53,656 nt of DNA from an uncultured bacterium (GTDB taxonomy: Bacteria > RBG-13-61-14 > DRUE01). The position numbers and the translations under genes are program-made. Under the pieces are notes generated by a model. That model was not told the origin of the DNA. It ran no database searches and was given only the letters and a program-made list of their open reading frames with translations. The DNA lies in contig CAZQJX010000001.1 of the NCBI GenBank assembly GCA_964592965.1, positions 1 to 53,656 of the forward strand, given 5' to 3'. Positions 1-8,806 of the stretch are shown here, piece by piece (the first letter of the stretch is position 1; every line of letters begins with the position of its first letter).

Positions 1-65
1 TGGTTTAACTCCTTAAAAACTTCACTTCCCAAAAGCCCGCTCGCACCTAAAAGAAGAATTTTCAT
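1..65 (-). CDS. First 21 codons of an NAD(P)-dependent sugar epimerase/reductase, possibly dTDP-4-dehydrorhamnose reductase (gene runs off the window)
   Basis: The reverse complement of 1-65 reads MKILLLGASGLLGSEVFKELN, a GxxGxxG Rossmann start. It begins 15 nt after the rfbB stop. The rfbA/rfbC-like/rfbB context suggests rfbD, but 21 aa cannot prove it. Confidence 0.35.
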   Translation of the reverse strand, partial: MKILLLGASGLLGSEVFKELN

Positions 66-80
66 TCTTTATAAATGTTT

Positions 81-1091
81 TTAGGTTTTCAGGCGTTTTC
101 CGTATTGTCTTTCATAGTATTTAAGATATTCACCTGTTTTGATTTTTTGCCACCAGGGCTTGTTCTCTTGATACCACTTGATAGTTTTTCGCAAGCCTTC
201 TTCAAAGCTGGTCTGCGGTTTGAATCCGAGCTGGGCTTTTATCTTCTCAGAATTGAGTGCATATCTTCGGTCATGCCCCGGTCTGTCTTTAACAAATTGG
301 ATTAGACTTTCAGGTTTTTTCAGCTCTTTGAGAATCATTTTGGTAACTTCCAGATTGGTTTTAAGCTCGCCACCGCCCACATTGTAAATCTCGCCGATCT
401 TACCTTCTTCCAGCACAAGAAGAATTGCCTGACAGGCATCTTCTACATAAATCCAATCACGCACATAAAGCCCATCTCCGTAAAGTGGAAGAGGTTTACT
501 CTCCATAGCATTGGTGATAAAAAGCGGAATTAATTTCTCAGGAAATTGATAAGGACCGTAATTGTTGCTTAACCGAAGAATTATCACAGGAACCCCATAA
601 GTGCGATAATAAGCAAGAGCAAGCAAATCCGCTCCTGCTTTGCTCGCTGAATAAGGAGAGCTCGGATTTAAGGGATAGCTTTCATCTGCAAATCCGTCTA
701 AAACAGGACCATAAACCTCATCAGTGCTTATTTGAAGAAAAATTTTAATTGGATACTTGCGCGCACACTCAAGAAGAACAGCGGTTCCAAAATAATTTGT
801 ATTAAGAAAATTCTCTGGCTCAAGAATGCTTCTGTCCACATGGCTTTCAGCAGCAAAATTAACCACCGCATCTACACCTTGGCTCAGGATTTTTTCTACA
901 AGCTCTGCATCGCGAATATCACCCTTGATAAACTCATAGCGAGGATTGTCTTCAACATCTTTCAGGCTCTCCAGATTGCCAGCATAAGTAAGAGCATCAA
1001 GATTGATTATAGAATGACTTGTTTCAGCAAGCACAAGTCGGACAAAATTTGAGCCTATAAACCCAGCACCACCTGTGATGAGAACCTTCAT
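81..1091 (-). CDS. rfbB: dTDP-glucose 4,6-dehydratase
   Basis: MKVLITGGAGFIGSNF Rossmann start, STDEVYG and YSASK catalytic motifs, and a GHDRRYA tail typical of RmlB. The start is placed at the internal ATG (1091), which gives the canonical N-terminus. The ORF track extends to 1115. Confidence 0.9.
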   Translation of the reverse strand: MKVLITGGAGFIGSNFVRLVLAETSHSIINLDALTYAGNLESLKDVEDNPRYEFIKGDIRDAELVEKILSQGVDAVVNFAAESHVDRSILEPENFLNTNYFGTAVLLECARKYPIKIFLQISTDEVYGPVLDGFADESYPLNPSSPYSASKAGADLLALAYYRTYGVPVIILRLSNNYGPYQFPEKLIPLFITNAMESKPLPLYGDGLYVRDWIYVEDACQAILLVLEEGKIGEIYNVGGGELKTNLEVTKMILKELKKPESLIQFVKDRPGHDRRYALNSEKIKAQLGFKPQTSFEEGLRKTIKWYQENKPWWQKIKTGEYLKYYERQYGKRLKT

Positions 1092-1093
1092 CT

Positions 1094-1549
1094 TTAGCGG
1101 TCTTTTCTTGCCCAATCATAGGGGATATGGCTCTGATGTGGGTCTATCCTTTCTTCATCAGGCTGGTCGTAGTTATAAAGCTCGGTGGGAATATTCAGAC
1201 AAATGCATTCTGTTTCACTTATGCATTTATATCCGTGCCAGACCATAGCAGGAATTCGCACCAAAAGAGGATTATACTCGCCAATAAAAAATTCATTTAC
1301 CTCACCTTTGGTGGGTGAGTCTTCACGCTCATCATAAAGAACCAGCTTTGCCATTCCTTTAATACAGGTAAAATAATCGTTTTGATTTTTATGCCGATGC
1401 CAGGCTTTTACTACCCCCGGATAAGCAGTGGTAATATATGCTTGACCAAATTTTTCAAAAAACGCATCATCACTGCGAAGCACCTCCATAAGCCTTCCCC
1501 GCTCATCAGGAATGACCCTAAGCCTTTTTATCACTACTCCATCAATCAT
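1094..1549 (-). CDS. Short RmlC-like cupin (dTDP-4-dehydrorhamnose 3,5-epimerase family)
   Basis: VIPDERGRLMEV...KAWHRHKNQNDYF...DSPTKGE pattern of the short epimerase-type cupins. A strong SD (AAGGAGGT) lies 5 nt upstream of the ATG at 1549, so the longer track ORF to 1603 is probably not used. Confidence 0.75.
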   Translation of the reverse strand: MIDGVVIKRLRVIPDERGRLMEVLRSDDAFFEKFGQAYITTAYPGVVKAWHRHKNQNDYFTCIKGMAKLVLYDEREDSPTKGEVNEFFIGEYNPLLVRIPAMVWHGYKCISETECICLNIPTELYNYDQPDEERIDPHQSHIPYDWARKDR

Positions 1550-1559
1550 TTTTACCTCC

Positions 1560-2390
1560 TTATTTAATGCTTCTTTTTTGAGCGATAAGAACTTTTTCCG
1601 CAAAAGAAGTCTTAAGATTTATTATATCTAAAACTCTTTCCAAAGCGTATAGCCCTCCGCCTATAAAATTAGCAGTAAAATTATTCCGAGGAGCAAATTG
1701 GCTAATTAAATTCCAGAATTGCTTTAGGCGTTTTCCTGCTAATCGGTGTTCATTTCCTACTTGCTCGCTCATTAAATAAACTAAAGGCTTGACTTCTATA
1801 CGAGAAAATTCCGCACTGTTCAACACCTCCTGATAAGTAGCAAAAGAACGAAGCCTAACATGCTCAGCCCAATTTAAATCTTTGGGTGGAAATCGGTCAG
1901 TAATAACTATAATTCCAGCTGGAGCAAGGGATTTTTTTAAATTCTCCAACACTTTGAAGAAAAGCTCGTCCGAAACTATATGAAAAATGACATCAATAAC
2001 AGTGATTAAATTGTAAAAATTTTCTTGAAGCTGAATCTCACTAATATCTGCTTGAATAAACTTATAATCAGGAAATTTTTTTTGAAGATTTTTCACTGCC
2101 ACTTTTGCAATATCTATTCCTGTTAAATTTTTTACTCCTAGATTTTTAAAAATATTAGTATAATAACCAACCCCAGGTGCTACCTCTAAAATTTTTATTT
2201 GCTCCCAGTTTAATTTAAATCTTGCAAGCTCTTTAAAGAGCTTAAAACTTCTCCGTTTATAAAGCCAGCGATTATAAGCCTCTCCAAGAGGATAACAACC
2301 TACACCTTGAAGGCTAAAATCTTTTGACAATCGCTGTTCCCAATAAACTCTTGGCTTATATCCTTTTAATTCCATTTTAAATAAGGTCAA
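1560..2390 (-). CDS. Class I SAM-dependent methyltransferase
   Basis: ILEVAPGVGYYT motif I and a DVIFHI motif. The gene sits between rfbA and the rfbC-like gene. An alternative ATG lies at 2375. Confidence 0.75.
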   Translation of the reverse strand: MTLFKMELKGYKPRVYWEQRLSKDFSLQGVGCYPLGEAYNRWLYKRRSFKLFKELARFKLNWEQIKILEVAPGVGYYTNIFKNLGVKNLTGIDIAKVAVKNLQKKFPDYKFIQADISEIQLQENFYNLITVIDVIFHIVSDELFFKVLENLKKSLAPAGIIVITDRFPPKDLNWAEHVRLRSFATYQEVLNSAEFSRIEVKPLVYLMSEQVGNEHRLAGKRLKQFWNLISQFAPRNNFTANFIGGGLYALERVLDIINLKTSFAEKVLIAQKRSIK

Positions 2391-3441
2391 CCTCGGAGCT
2401 GTCGCCGATAATCAGCCGAAGCGCCTCTGGCTTCTTCTTTGAGCATTTAATCACTGCATTCCTTCCAACTAAACTATCTGAGAGCCTTTTTGGTAGGTTT
2501 TCTATTTTGCTCTCTGCCATTACAATGCTGTGTTCTATTTCTGCCCCTTTAATTAAGCAGTTCTCAGCAATAGAAGTAAAGGGTCCGATATAAGAATCCT
2601 CAATCACTGTGTCTTTGCCAATTATAGCAGGACCGCGAATTCTGCTTCTTATTATGCGGGCACCGCTTTCAATAATGACACGAAATTCTATTTTGCTTTC
2701 CCTGTCCACTTCTCCTTCAATCCGCTCGCCAAGGTCATACAGTATCATTCTGTTGGCTTCTAAAAGGTCTTCTACTTTTCCAGTATCTTTCCACCAGCCG
2801 TCAATGATTTGATAGTTTACTTTTAAGTTATGGTCAATCAGCCACTGAATAGCATCGGTAATTTCCAGCTCTCCCCGAAAACTGGGCTTGATTTCACGCA
2901 CCGCTTGATGAATGTGATGGTCAAAAATATAAACGCCGACCAGGGCAAGGTTGCTGGGAGGCTTGCTGGGCTTTTCTACCAGCCGAACCACCCGCTCGCC
3001 ATCAAGCTCAGCTACTCCAAACTGCTGAGGGTTTTTCACTCGGGCGAGCAAAATCTGACTGTTAGGTTTTTGCTCAGCAAACTGCTGGACGAATTTTTTT
3101 ATCCCGCTTTTGACAAGATTATCTCCCAGATACATAACAAAAGGCTCATCGCCGAGAAAATCTCTACTGATTAAAACCGCATGAGCAAGACCCAATGGCT
3201 CGGGTTGATAAATATATTCAACCTTGAGGTTGAATCTGCTTCCGTCTCCAACTGCGCTCTGCACCTCTTCCCTTGTTTCTCCCACAACAATTCCCACCTC
3301 TTTTATTCCTGCTTGAGAGATTGCTTCCAATCCATAAAATAAAACCGGCTTGTTGGCAACAGGTATTAATTGCTTGGCACGGGTGTGAGTTATTGGTCTT
3401 AACCTGGTGCCTCTTCCACCGCTTAAAACCAGCGCTTTCAT
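2377..3441 (-). CDS. rfbA: Glucose-1-phosphate thymidylyltransferase, long form with a C-terminal left-handed beta-helix
   Basis: MKALVLSGGRGTRLRPITHTRAKQLIPV signature. The 354 aa length and hexapeptide-like C-terminal third are typical of the long RmlA class. Confidence 0.85.
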   Translation of the reverse strand: MKALVLSGGRGTRLRPITHTRAKQLIPVANKPVLFYGLEAISQAGIKEVGIVVGETREEVQSAVGDGSRFNLKVEYIYQPEPLGLAHAVLISRDFLGDEPFVMYLGDNLVKSGIKKFVQQFAEQKPNSQILLARVKNPQQFGVAELDGERVVRLVEKPSKPPSNLALVGVYIFDHHIHQAVREIKPSFRGELEITDAIQWLIDHNLKVNYQIIDGWWKDTGKVEDLLEANRMILYDLGERIEGEVDRESKIEFRVIIESGARIIRSRIRGPAIIGKDTVIEDSYIGPFTSIAENCLIKGAEIEHSIVMAESKIENLPKRLSDSLVGRNAVIKCSKKKPEALRLIIGDSSEVDLI

Positions 3442-3444
3442 TTC

Positions 3445-4119
3445 TTAAAAACGACGCTTGATAAACGCATCTTTAAATTTCTGCTCACGAGCTTTAAAAA
3501 TAATCAGTGCTTTTTGCGCCTGCTCCTTTGTTGAATACTTGCCCACATAAACCCGCCAGTATGTGCCTTTGCCGGGTATCTCTGCTGGCTCTATAAAAGC
3601 ATTCCATTTTTTGCCCTTAAGCTCATCTACTAACTTTTGGGCACTTTCTTTTTCAGGAAAACTCGCCACCTGAATGGTATAAGCAGGCTCTTTTGGTTGT
3701 TCTGTTTTAGTCTCTTGTTGTTTAGTCTCTTTTGGCTTTTCTTCGGTTCCCTCAGATTTCTCTATTATTTTTTTAATCTCCTCTGATTCCTTTTTGGCTT
3801 CGGATTCAGCGCCTACTTTCTCTTCTTTTTTAGCTTGGACAAGTTGTTTGGGTGGCTTTTGCTCTTCAATCTTTTTCAAAATCTCCTTGGCAGATTCCTG
3901 CTTTTGTTGTTTTTCTGGGCTTGGCTTAGGAGTTTGCTTTTCTGGAAAGTAGGCTTTTTTGGCTATTTTTGCTTGTTCAGCTACCATTTTTCTGCTCGCT
4001 AAGTTTCTTCCAAAAAGAACTCCCAAAATAAAAACCAAAATAAGAGCAATAATCCCACCAGTAAAAAGTGCCACCAGTTGCCTTTTTTCTAAAATGACCT
4101 CTTTTCTTGTTTTTTTCAT
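3445..4119 (-). CDS. SPOR-domain membrane-anchored protein
   Basis: An N-terminal TM (LVALFTGGIIALILVFILGVLFG), a K/E/Q-rich linker, and a C-terminal SPOR-like YTIQVASF...YWRVYVGKY. Confidence 0.75.
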   Translation of the reverse strand: MKKTRKEVILEKRQLVALFTGGIIALILVFILGVLFGRNLASRKMVAEQAKIAKKAYFPEKQTPKPSPEKQQKQESAKEILKKIEEQKPPKQLVQAKKEEKVGAESEAKKESEEIKKIIEKSEGTEEKPKETKQQETKTEQPKEPAYTIQVASFPEKESAQKLVDELKGKKWNAFIEPAEIPGKGTYWRVYVGKYSTKEQAQKALIIFKAREQKFKDAFIKRRF

Positions 4120-4185
4120 CAGCGTCCTCCTTGCTTCTTCTGAGTTTTATATTATCTTGGAGAGGCAGGATAAGTCAAAGCCATT

Positions 4186-5181
4186 TTGTTGGCTTTTGAG
4201 CTGTATGATAAAATCTTTGAGCCAATGAGTGAGCGATATCATCTTCATCCTGAGCTTGAAAAGCTCTTAGAAGAACTCAGTGCTTTAAGGGAGCCTGAGC
4301 CTTTTCGCATTCCTTGGCTAAACATTATCCTTTTTCTGCTGACGGTTGCGTCAACTATGTTTTTTGGCTCCTATATGGCGCATTATGACCCAGATATCCG
4401 TCGCTTCTGGGTTTATTTAAAGTATCATCCTGAATGGTGGCTAGATGGTCTTCCTTTTTCCATTACCCTGATGGTGATTTTGCTTTCGCACGAGCTGGGA
4501 CATTTTCTCTTTTCCCGTTATCATCGTGTTCCTGCCAGCCTTCCCTATTTCATTCCCGCTCCTAATCTAGTAGGAACTTTTGGCGCGGTTATTCTTATGC
4601 GAGGAAGAATTAGAGACAGAAAAGCGCTTTTGGATATTGGCTCTGCAGGTCCTATTTGTGGATTTATTGTCAGCTTGTTCGCAATGTATATTGGCATTAA
4701 AACCGCTAGGATAGTTCCTTTTGAAAAATCCGAATCGCTTATTTTATTTCAGCCCAATCTTTTAATCCACTGGGCGCTTTTCAAATGGCTTCCTAATATT
4801 GAGCCTTCTAGTGTGATTCAAAGCGCTATTCTTGATGCCTCTTGGGTAGGATTTTTTGTGACGATGCTCAATCTTCTTCCCATTGGTCAGCTTGATGGCG
4901 GACATATTGCTTATGCCTGTTTTGGTGAGCGCACAACTTATCTTTCTTGGGGAATGATTGTAATTCTTTTTATTATGGGTTTTCTTTTCTGGGCAGGATG
5001 GCTATTTTTTGGAATATTTGCCCTTCTTTTAATGGGACCAAAAGGAATTAAACATCCACCGCCATTATATCCAGAAATAAAACTTGACTGGAAGAGAAAG
5101 TTAATTGCTCTTGCATCGTTTGCGATTTTTGTTTTAACTTTTATTCCAACGCCTTTTGTTGTGACTGCTCAGATTCCTTAA
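4186..5181 (+). CDS. Site-2 protease family (M50) membrane metalloprotease
   Basis: HELGH zinc motif in a TM segment, a second NLLPIGQLDGGH motif, and a multi-pass hydrophobic profile. The exact start is uncertain. Confidence 0.8.
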   Translation: MLAFELYDKIFEPMSERYHLHPELEKLLEELSALREPEPFRIPWLNIILFLLTVASTMFFGSYMAHYDPDIRRFWVYLKYHPEWWLDGLPFSITLMVILLSHELGHFLFSRYHRVPASLPYFIPAPNLVGTFGAVILMRGRIRDRKALLDIGSAGPICGFIVSLFAMYIGIKTARIVPFEKSESLILFQPNLLIHWALFKWLPNIEPSSVIQSAILDASWVGFFVTMLNLLPIGQLDGGHIAYACFGERTTYLSWGMIVILFIMGFLFWAGWLFFGIFALLLMGPKGIKHPPPLYPEIKLDWKRKLIALASFAIFVLTFIPTPFVVTAQIP

Positions 5182-5806
5182 GCTGGCTTTCTTCAAATAG
5201 CTTCTGAAAATAGCTAATTACACTGGGAGCAGACCAGTCAGCAGCACCGAATACCTTATCAACCAGCCTTCCCTGCGGGTCAATCACAAAACTGGTGGGT
5301 AAAAACATCACCCCATATCTGAGATACGCCTCGCCTGTGGTGTCAAAATAAACAGGGAGCTTGAGCTCGGTTTTTTGCAAAAACTCTTTGATTACTCTAC
5401 GGGAATCGCTGGTTATGGCAAGAAGAGCAAAAGGCTTTCCAGCAAGCTGTTGGGCAAGGCTTTCTAAGCTTCTCAACTCTATTAGACAAGCAGGACAGGA
5501 CACAGACCAGAAATTGAGCAAAACCGCTTTTCCACGAAAATCGCTCAGCCGAACCTTCTTGCCAGAAAGGTCATAAAGCTCTATATCTGGCGCCAAGCCT
5601 GTAATGGTAGCCTGTGAACCTGTTTGACTGGGAAGCTCTTTATATTGCGATGCGGAGCGGGAAAAGCTAAAAACCATCCCGCCTGCAAAAACCAAAACCA
5701 AAATCCCTAAAACCAGCCATTTAAGCCAAGAGCGTGAGCTTTGATTTTGTCTTAATTGACTATTTTTGTTTTGCATATCTTGTGTGATTAGTTTTTGGTT
5801 TTTCAA
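5141..5806 (-). CDS. TlpA/ResA-like thiol:disulfide oxidoreductase (thioredoxin fold, membrane-anchored)
   Basis: One TM followed by LLNFWSVSCPAC (CxxC). The 3' end overlaps the convergent M50 gene by 41 nt. An alternative start lies at 5776. Confidence 0.8.
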   Translation of the reverse strand: MKNQKLITQDMQNKNSQLRQNQSSRSWLKWLVLGILVLVFAGGMVFSFSRSASQYKELPSQTGSQATITGLAPDIELYDLSGKKVRLSDFRGKAVLLNFWSVSCPACLIELRSLESLAQQLAGKPFALLAITSDSRRVIKEFLQKTELKLPVYFDTTGEAYLRYGVMFLPTSFVIDPQGRLVDKVFGAADWSAPSVISYFQKLFEESQLKESEQSQQKALE

Positions 5807-6554
5807 GATATTTTAGCGGATTTACTGGTTCTTTACCAACCCTAACTTCAAAATGTAGATGCGGTCCTGTTGCTCTGCCTGTTTTGCCTACCTCGGCAAT
5901 CTTTTGTCCTCTGCGAACAAACTCTCCTTCTCTGACCAAATTCACCCGATTATGAGCATAAACAGTGCTTAAATTGCCTGAATGCTTGATTATAATCATA
6001 TTCCCATATCCACGAATTCTGTTATCGCTGTAAACAACTTTTCCATCATCTGCTGCCAATACAGGTGTGCCTACAGGAGCGGATATATCTATTCCCTCGT
6101 GAAATTCATTCCCACGAGGTCCAAAGGGAGAGTAAAGAATTCCGCCCGGAACAGGCCAGAGCAGTTTTTTTGAGCTAGATGTTCTTGGATGATATGAGCT
6201 GGGTTTGGGCTTAGGCTTGGATGCTGTTGATGAAGATGGAACAAAAGAGGCAGGAACTTTTTTTACCTTATCTGCTCCTGGTATAAAAATCTTCTGACCC
6301 GCCTTGATTTGAGACGGGTCTTTAATGCCATTTATTCTCGCCACCTCTTCCATATCCACGCCATAGGTCTTGCAAATCCGCCAAAGAGTCTGACCAGGCT
6401 CTACTGTATGCCATACGCCCTTTTTACCTCTAACCCTTTTCTTTACTTCTTTTGGTGGCGGGGTCTGAAGCTGGTTTTTGGTCTTTTTCTCCACGCAGGA
6501 AAAGAGCAAAGATAGAGTCAATACAAATGCGGAAGCGATTATGAGCCTTTTCAT
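5760..6554 (-). CDS. nlpD: LysM + M23 peptidase lipoprotein (NlpD-like)
   Basis: Lipobox LSLLFSC. LysM segment (WHTVEPGQTLWRICKTYGV...INGI). M23 motifs HEGIDI and GPHLHFEVR. Confidence 0.85.
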   Translation of the reverse strand: MKRLIIASAFVLTLSLLFSCVEKKTKNQLQTPPPKEVKKRVRGKKGVWHTVEPGQTLWRICKTYGVDMEEVARINGIKDPSQIKAGQKIFIPGADKVKKVPASFVPSSSTASKPKPKPSSYHPRTSSSKKLLWPVPGGILYSPFGPRGNEFHEGIDISAPVGTPVLAADDGKVVYSDNRIRGYGNMIIIKHSGNLSTVYAHNRVNLVREGEFVRRGQKIAEVGKTGRATGPHLHFEVRVGKEPVNPLKYLEKPKTNHTRYAKQK

Positions 6555-7018
6555 TTTTTTAGCTGTTTGAGCGCCAGCTCAACTGCGTCTTTTGGTGAGT
6601 TTGCTTTTATTATTCCTTGAATATCAAAAGTGTTTAAGCCCACAACAGGCTTTCCGATTTTAAGGGCAAAGGCAATCTCGCTTAAAGTCCCTGCACCACC
6701 AGAAAGGGCAATTAAAACATCTGAGCAGCGGACAAGAATTAAATTCCTAGCTTCTCCAAACCCACTGGGTATGGGAATTTGAATGTAAGGATTGGCATCA
6801 AATCTATCAAATCCTGGAAGGATGCCAATGGTAATTCCGCCTTGCTCGCTCGCTCCCTTTGCTACTGCTTCCATCACTCCGCCAAGACCACCGCAAACAA
6901 GCACTGCACCGCTTTTGGCAATTTCTTTTCCAAGCTCCTCAGCCAGAGCGTATAAACCCGCATCTGCCCTACCCGCACCACTAACACCAATCCAGATTTT
7001 ATCTCTCAAGCTCTCCAT
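6551..7018 (-). CDS. TIGR00725/LOG-like Rossmann-fold protein
   Basis: GVSGAG...CGGLGGVMEA...SGGAGTLSE (PGGxGTxxE-like) pattern. Confidence 0.65.
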   Translation of the reverse strand: MESLRDKIWIGVSGAGRADAGLYALAEELGKEIAKSGAVLVCGGLGGVMEAVAKGASEQGGITIGILPGFDRFDANPYIQIPIPSGFGEARNLILVRCSDVLIALSGGAGTLSEIAFALKIGKPVVGLNTFDIQGIIKANSPKDAVELALKQLKK

Positions 7019-8184
7019 TATTTTTGGCTCAAAGGAATTCTAATTTCTGCCCGAGAAATCTCCTTTCCCTGCTTCTCTGCTTGTGAATATTCTTTAACCA
7101 CCTCTTCCACTACAAGGAATTTTCTTGCCTCTTCTTCAACAATTTTTTGAGGAATAACCTCTCTGAGCAAATAAGTTCCTTTTTTCGCTTCTCTATAATA
7201 ATCATAGCTGTATTCAGCCAGTTTTTGCAATCCACCAGCATCAGGAAGATAAACCATAAGTATCCCTATGGTGCTCGGGCTTTTTTCAGAAAATATCTGG
7301 GCAATTAAATATTTTTTGTGCTGAAAATCAAGGCAGGTTATTTTTGGCTTTCCGTGCTTTGCAGGATGAAATTTAAATTTTGGGCTAAAAACCTTTTGGT
7401 GGAACAAAACCTTGCCATCAGATGAAATCGCTTCCATAAAATACTGCAATTCCTTATTTGGCTTTTCTTTGCTCCAAAAATGCACCCGCTCGGGCTTGGT
7501 ATCGCCATCTAAATCCCAGATATAATTCTGGTCAATAGTTGAATGCGGGAAAACAAATTTAAGTAAAATAAATCCACCGACCAAGAGCACAGTAAATACA
7601 ACCACAAGTTTATCAAAATATTTTTCTATAAATACTTTAATTGGGTCGCCAAATTTCCAGATGAGCCCACCGACAAGGAAAAACCTCGCGCCTCTGCTGA
7701 CAATAGAAGCAAAAAGAAAAATCCAAAAGTTTACTTTTGCCACTCCCGCAGAAATAGTAAAGACTTTGTAAGGCAGGGGAGTAAATCCGGCAGTGAAAAT
7801 AATCCAGAAGTTATATTTTTCATACCACAGCTGGAATTTATAATACTGCTCAAGCAGTCCATAGAATTCAATGATTTTAATTCCCACAGTATCAAAAAGG
7901 AAAAGCCCGATAAGGTAGCCAAAAGCACCGCCAAAGACCGAACCAACAAGGCACTCACCTGCATATCTAAATGACCTTTTGGGAATTCCGAGAGCTAGCA
8001 CAATTAAAAGCACATCAGGCGGAATAGGGAAAAAGCTTGATTCAGCAAAAGCAATGAGAAAAAGAGCTATCTCTCCATAAGGAGTTTCTGCCCAGTGAAG
8101 CACCCATTCATAAAGCGCCCGAAGCCAGCGCATAAAAAATATTCTTGCCAAAAAACCCTGTTCAGTCTTTGTGTCCATATTCAC
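7018..8184 (-). CDS. YqaA/DedA (VTT-domain) membrane protein fused to a C-terminal soluble domain of about 170 aa and unknown function
   Basis: AESSFFPIPPDVLL VTT signature with 4-5 TM segments in residues 25-215, then a hydrophilic tail beginning WDLDGDTKPE. Confidence 0.7.
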   Translation of the reverse strand: MNMDTKTEQGFLARIFFMRWLRALYEWVLHWAETPYGEIALFLIAFAESSFFPIPPDVLLIVLALGIPKRSFRYAGECLVGSVFGGAFGYLIGLFLFDTVGIKIIEFYGLLEQYYKFQLWYEKYNFWIIFTAGFTPLPYKVFTISAGVAKVNFWIFLFASIVSRGARFFLVGGLIWKFGDPIKVFIEKYFDKLVVVFTVLLVGGFILLKFVFPHSTIDQNYIWDLDGDTKPERVHFWSKEKPNKELQYFMEAISSDGKVLFHQKVFSPKFKFHPAKHGKPKITCLDFQHKKYLIAQIFSEKSPSTIGILMVYLPDAGGLQKLAEYSYDYYREAKKGTYLLREVIPQKIVEEEARKFLVVEEVVKEYSQAEKQGKEISRAEIRIPLSQK

Positions 8185-8806
8185 CCACCAGCTCCACGAA
8201 TCTAAAAGGTCCGAGCGATTCTTTTTTAAGCTCGTTCTTAACTTTTCTTATCCGTAGCATTGTTTGAGAGTATTTGTCGCCAACAGGGATAACCATTCTA
8301 CCGCCTTCATCTAATTGTTCAATCAAGGGCGGTGGCGGAGATGGCGCACCAGCAGTAACAATAATTGCCTGATAGGGAGCATACTCCTTCCAGCCAAGAG
8401 AGCCATCGCCAACTTTAATGTGAACATTTTTATAGCCAAGCTCAGAAAGCCTCTTTTTTGCCTGCTCTGCCAGCTCTGGGATTCTTTCAATTGAATAGAC
8501 TTCTTTTGCCAGCTCAGCCAAAATAGCAGTCTGATATCCACTGCCAGTGCCAATCTCCAAAACCTTTTCATCTTCTTTAAGCTCAAGCGCTTCGGTCATA
8601 AAAGCCACTGTATAGGGCTGGCTGATGGTCTGCTTGAATCCTATAGGAAGAGGGGTATCATCATAAGCCTGCTCAATAAGAGCTGGCGGAACAAAGAGAT
8701 GGCGAGGAACCTTTTCCATTGCCTTTAAAACACGAATATCACTTACTCCACGCTCAGCAATCTGCTCCCGCACCATTCTTCTTCTTTTTTCCTCAAAATT
8801 AATCAT
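8162..8806 (-). CDS. pcm: Protein-L-isoaspartate O-methyltransferase
   Basis: QTISQPY, LEIGTGSGYQTAILA and the downstream PCMT motifs. Adjacent to surE, as in many bacteria. Confidence 0.9.
   Translation of the reverse strand: MINFEEKRRRMVREQIAERGVSDIRVLKAMEKVPRHLFVPPALIEQAYDDTPLPIGFKQTISQPYTVAFMTEALELKEDEKVLEIGTGSGYQTAILAELAKEVYSIERIPELAEQAKKRLSELGYKNVHIKVGDGSLGWKEYAPYQAIIVTAGAPSPPPPLIEQLDEGGRMVIPVGDKYSQTMLRIRKVKNELKKESLGPFRFVELVGEYGHKD

Noticed and set aside
3660-3960. The K/E/Q-rich stretch of the SPOR protein as a DNA tandem repeat.
   Set aside because: It is low complexity at the protein level only. I could not find a regular nucleotide repeat unit, and it looks like an ordinary flexible linker.
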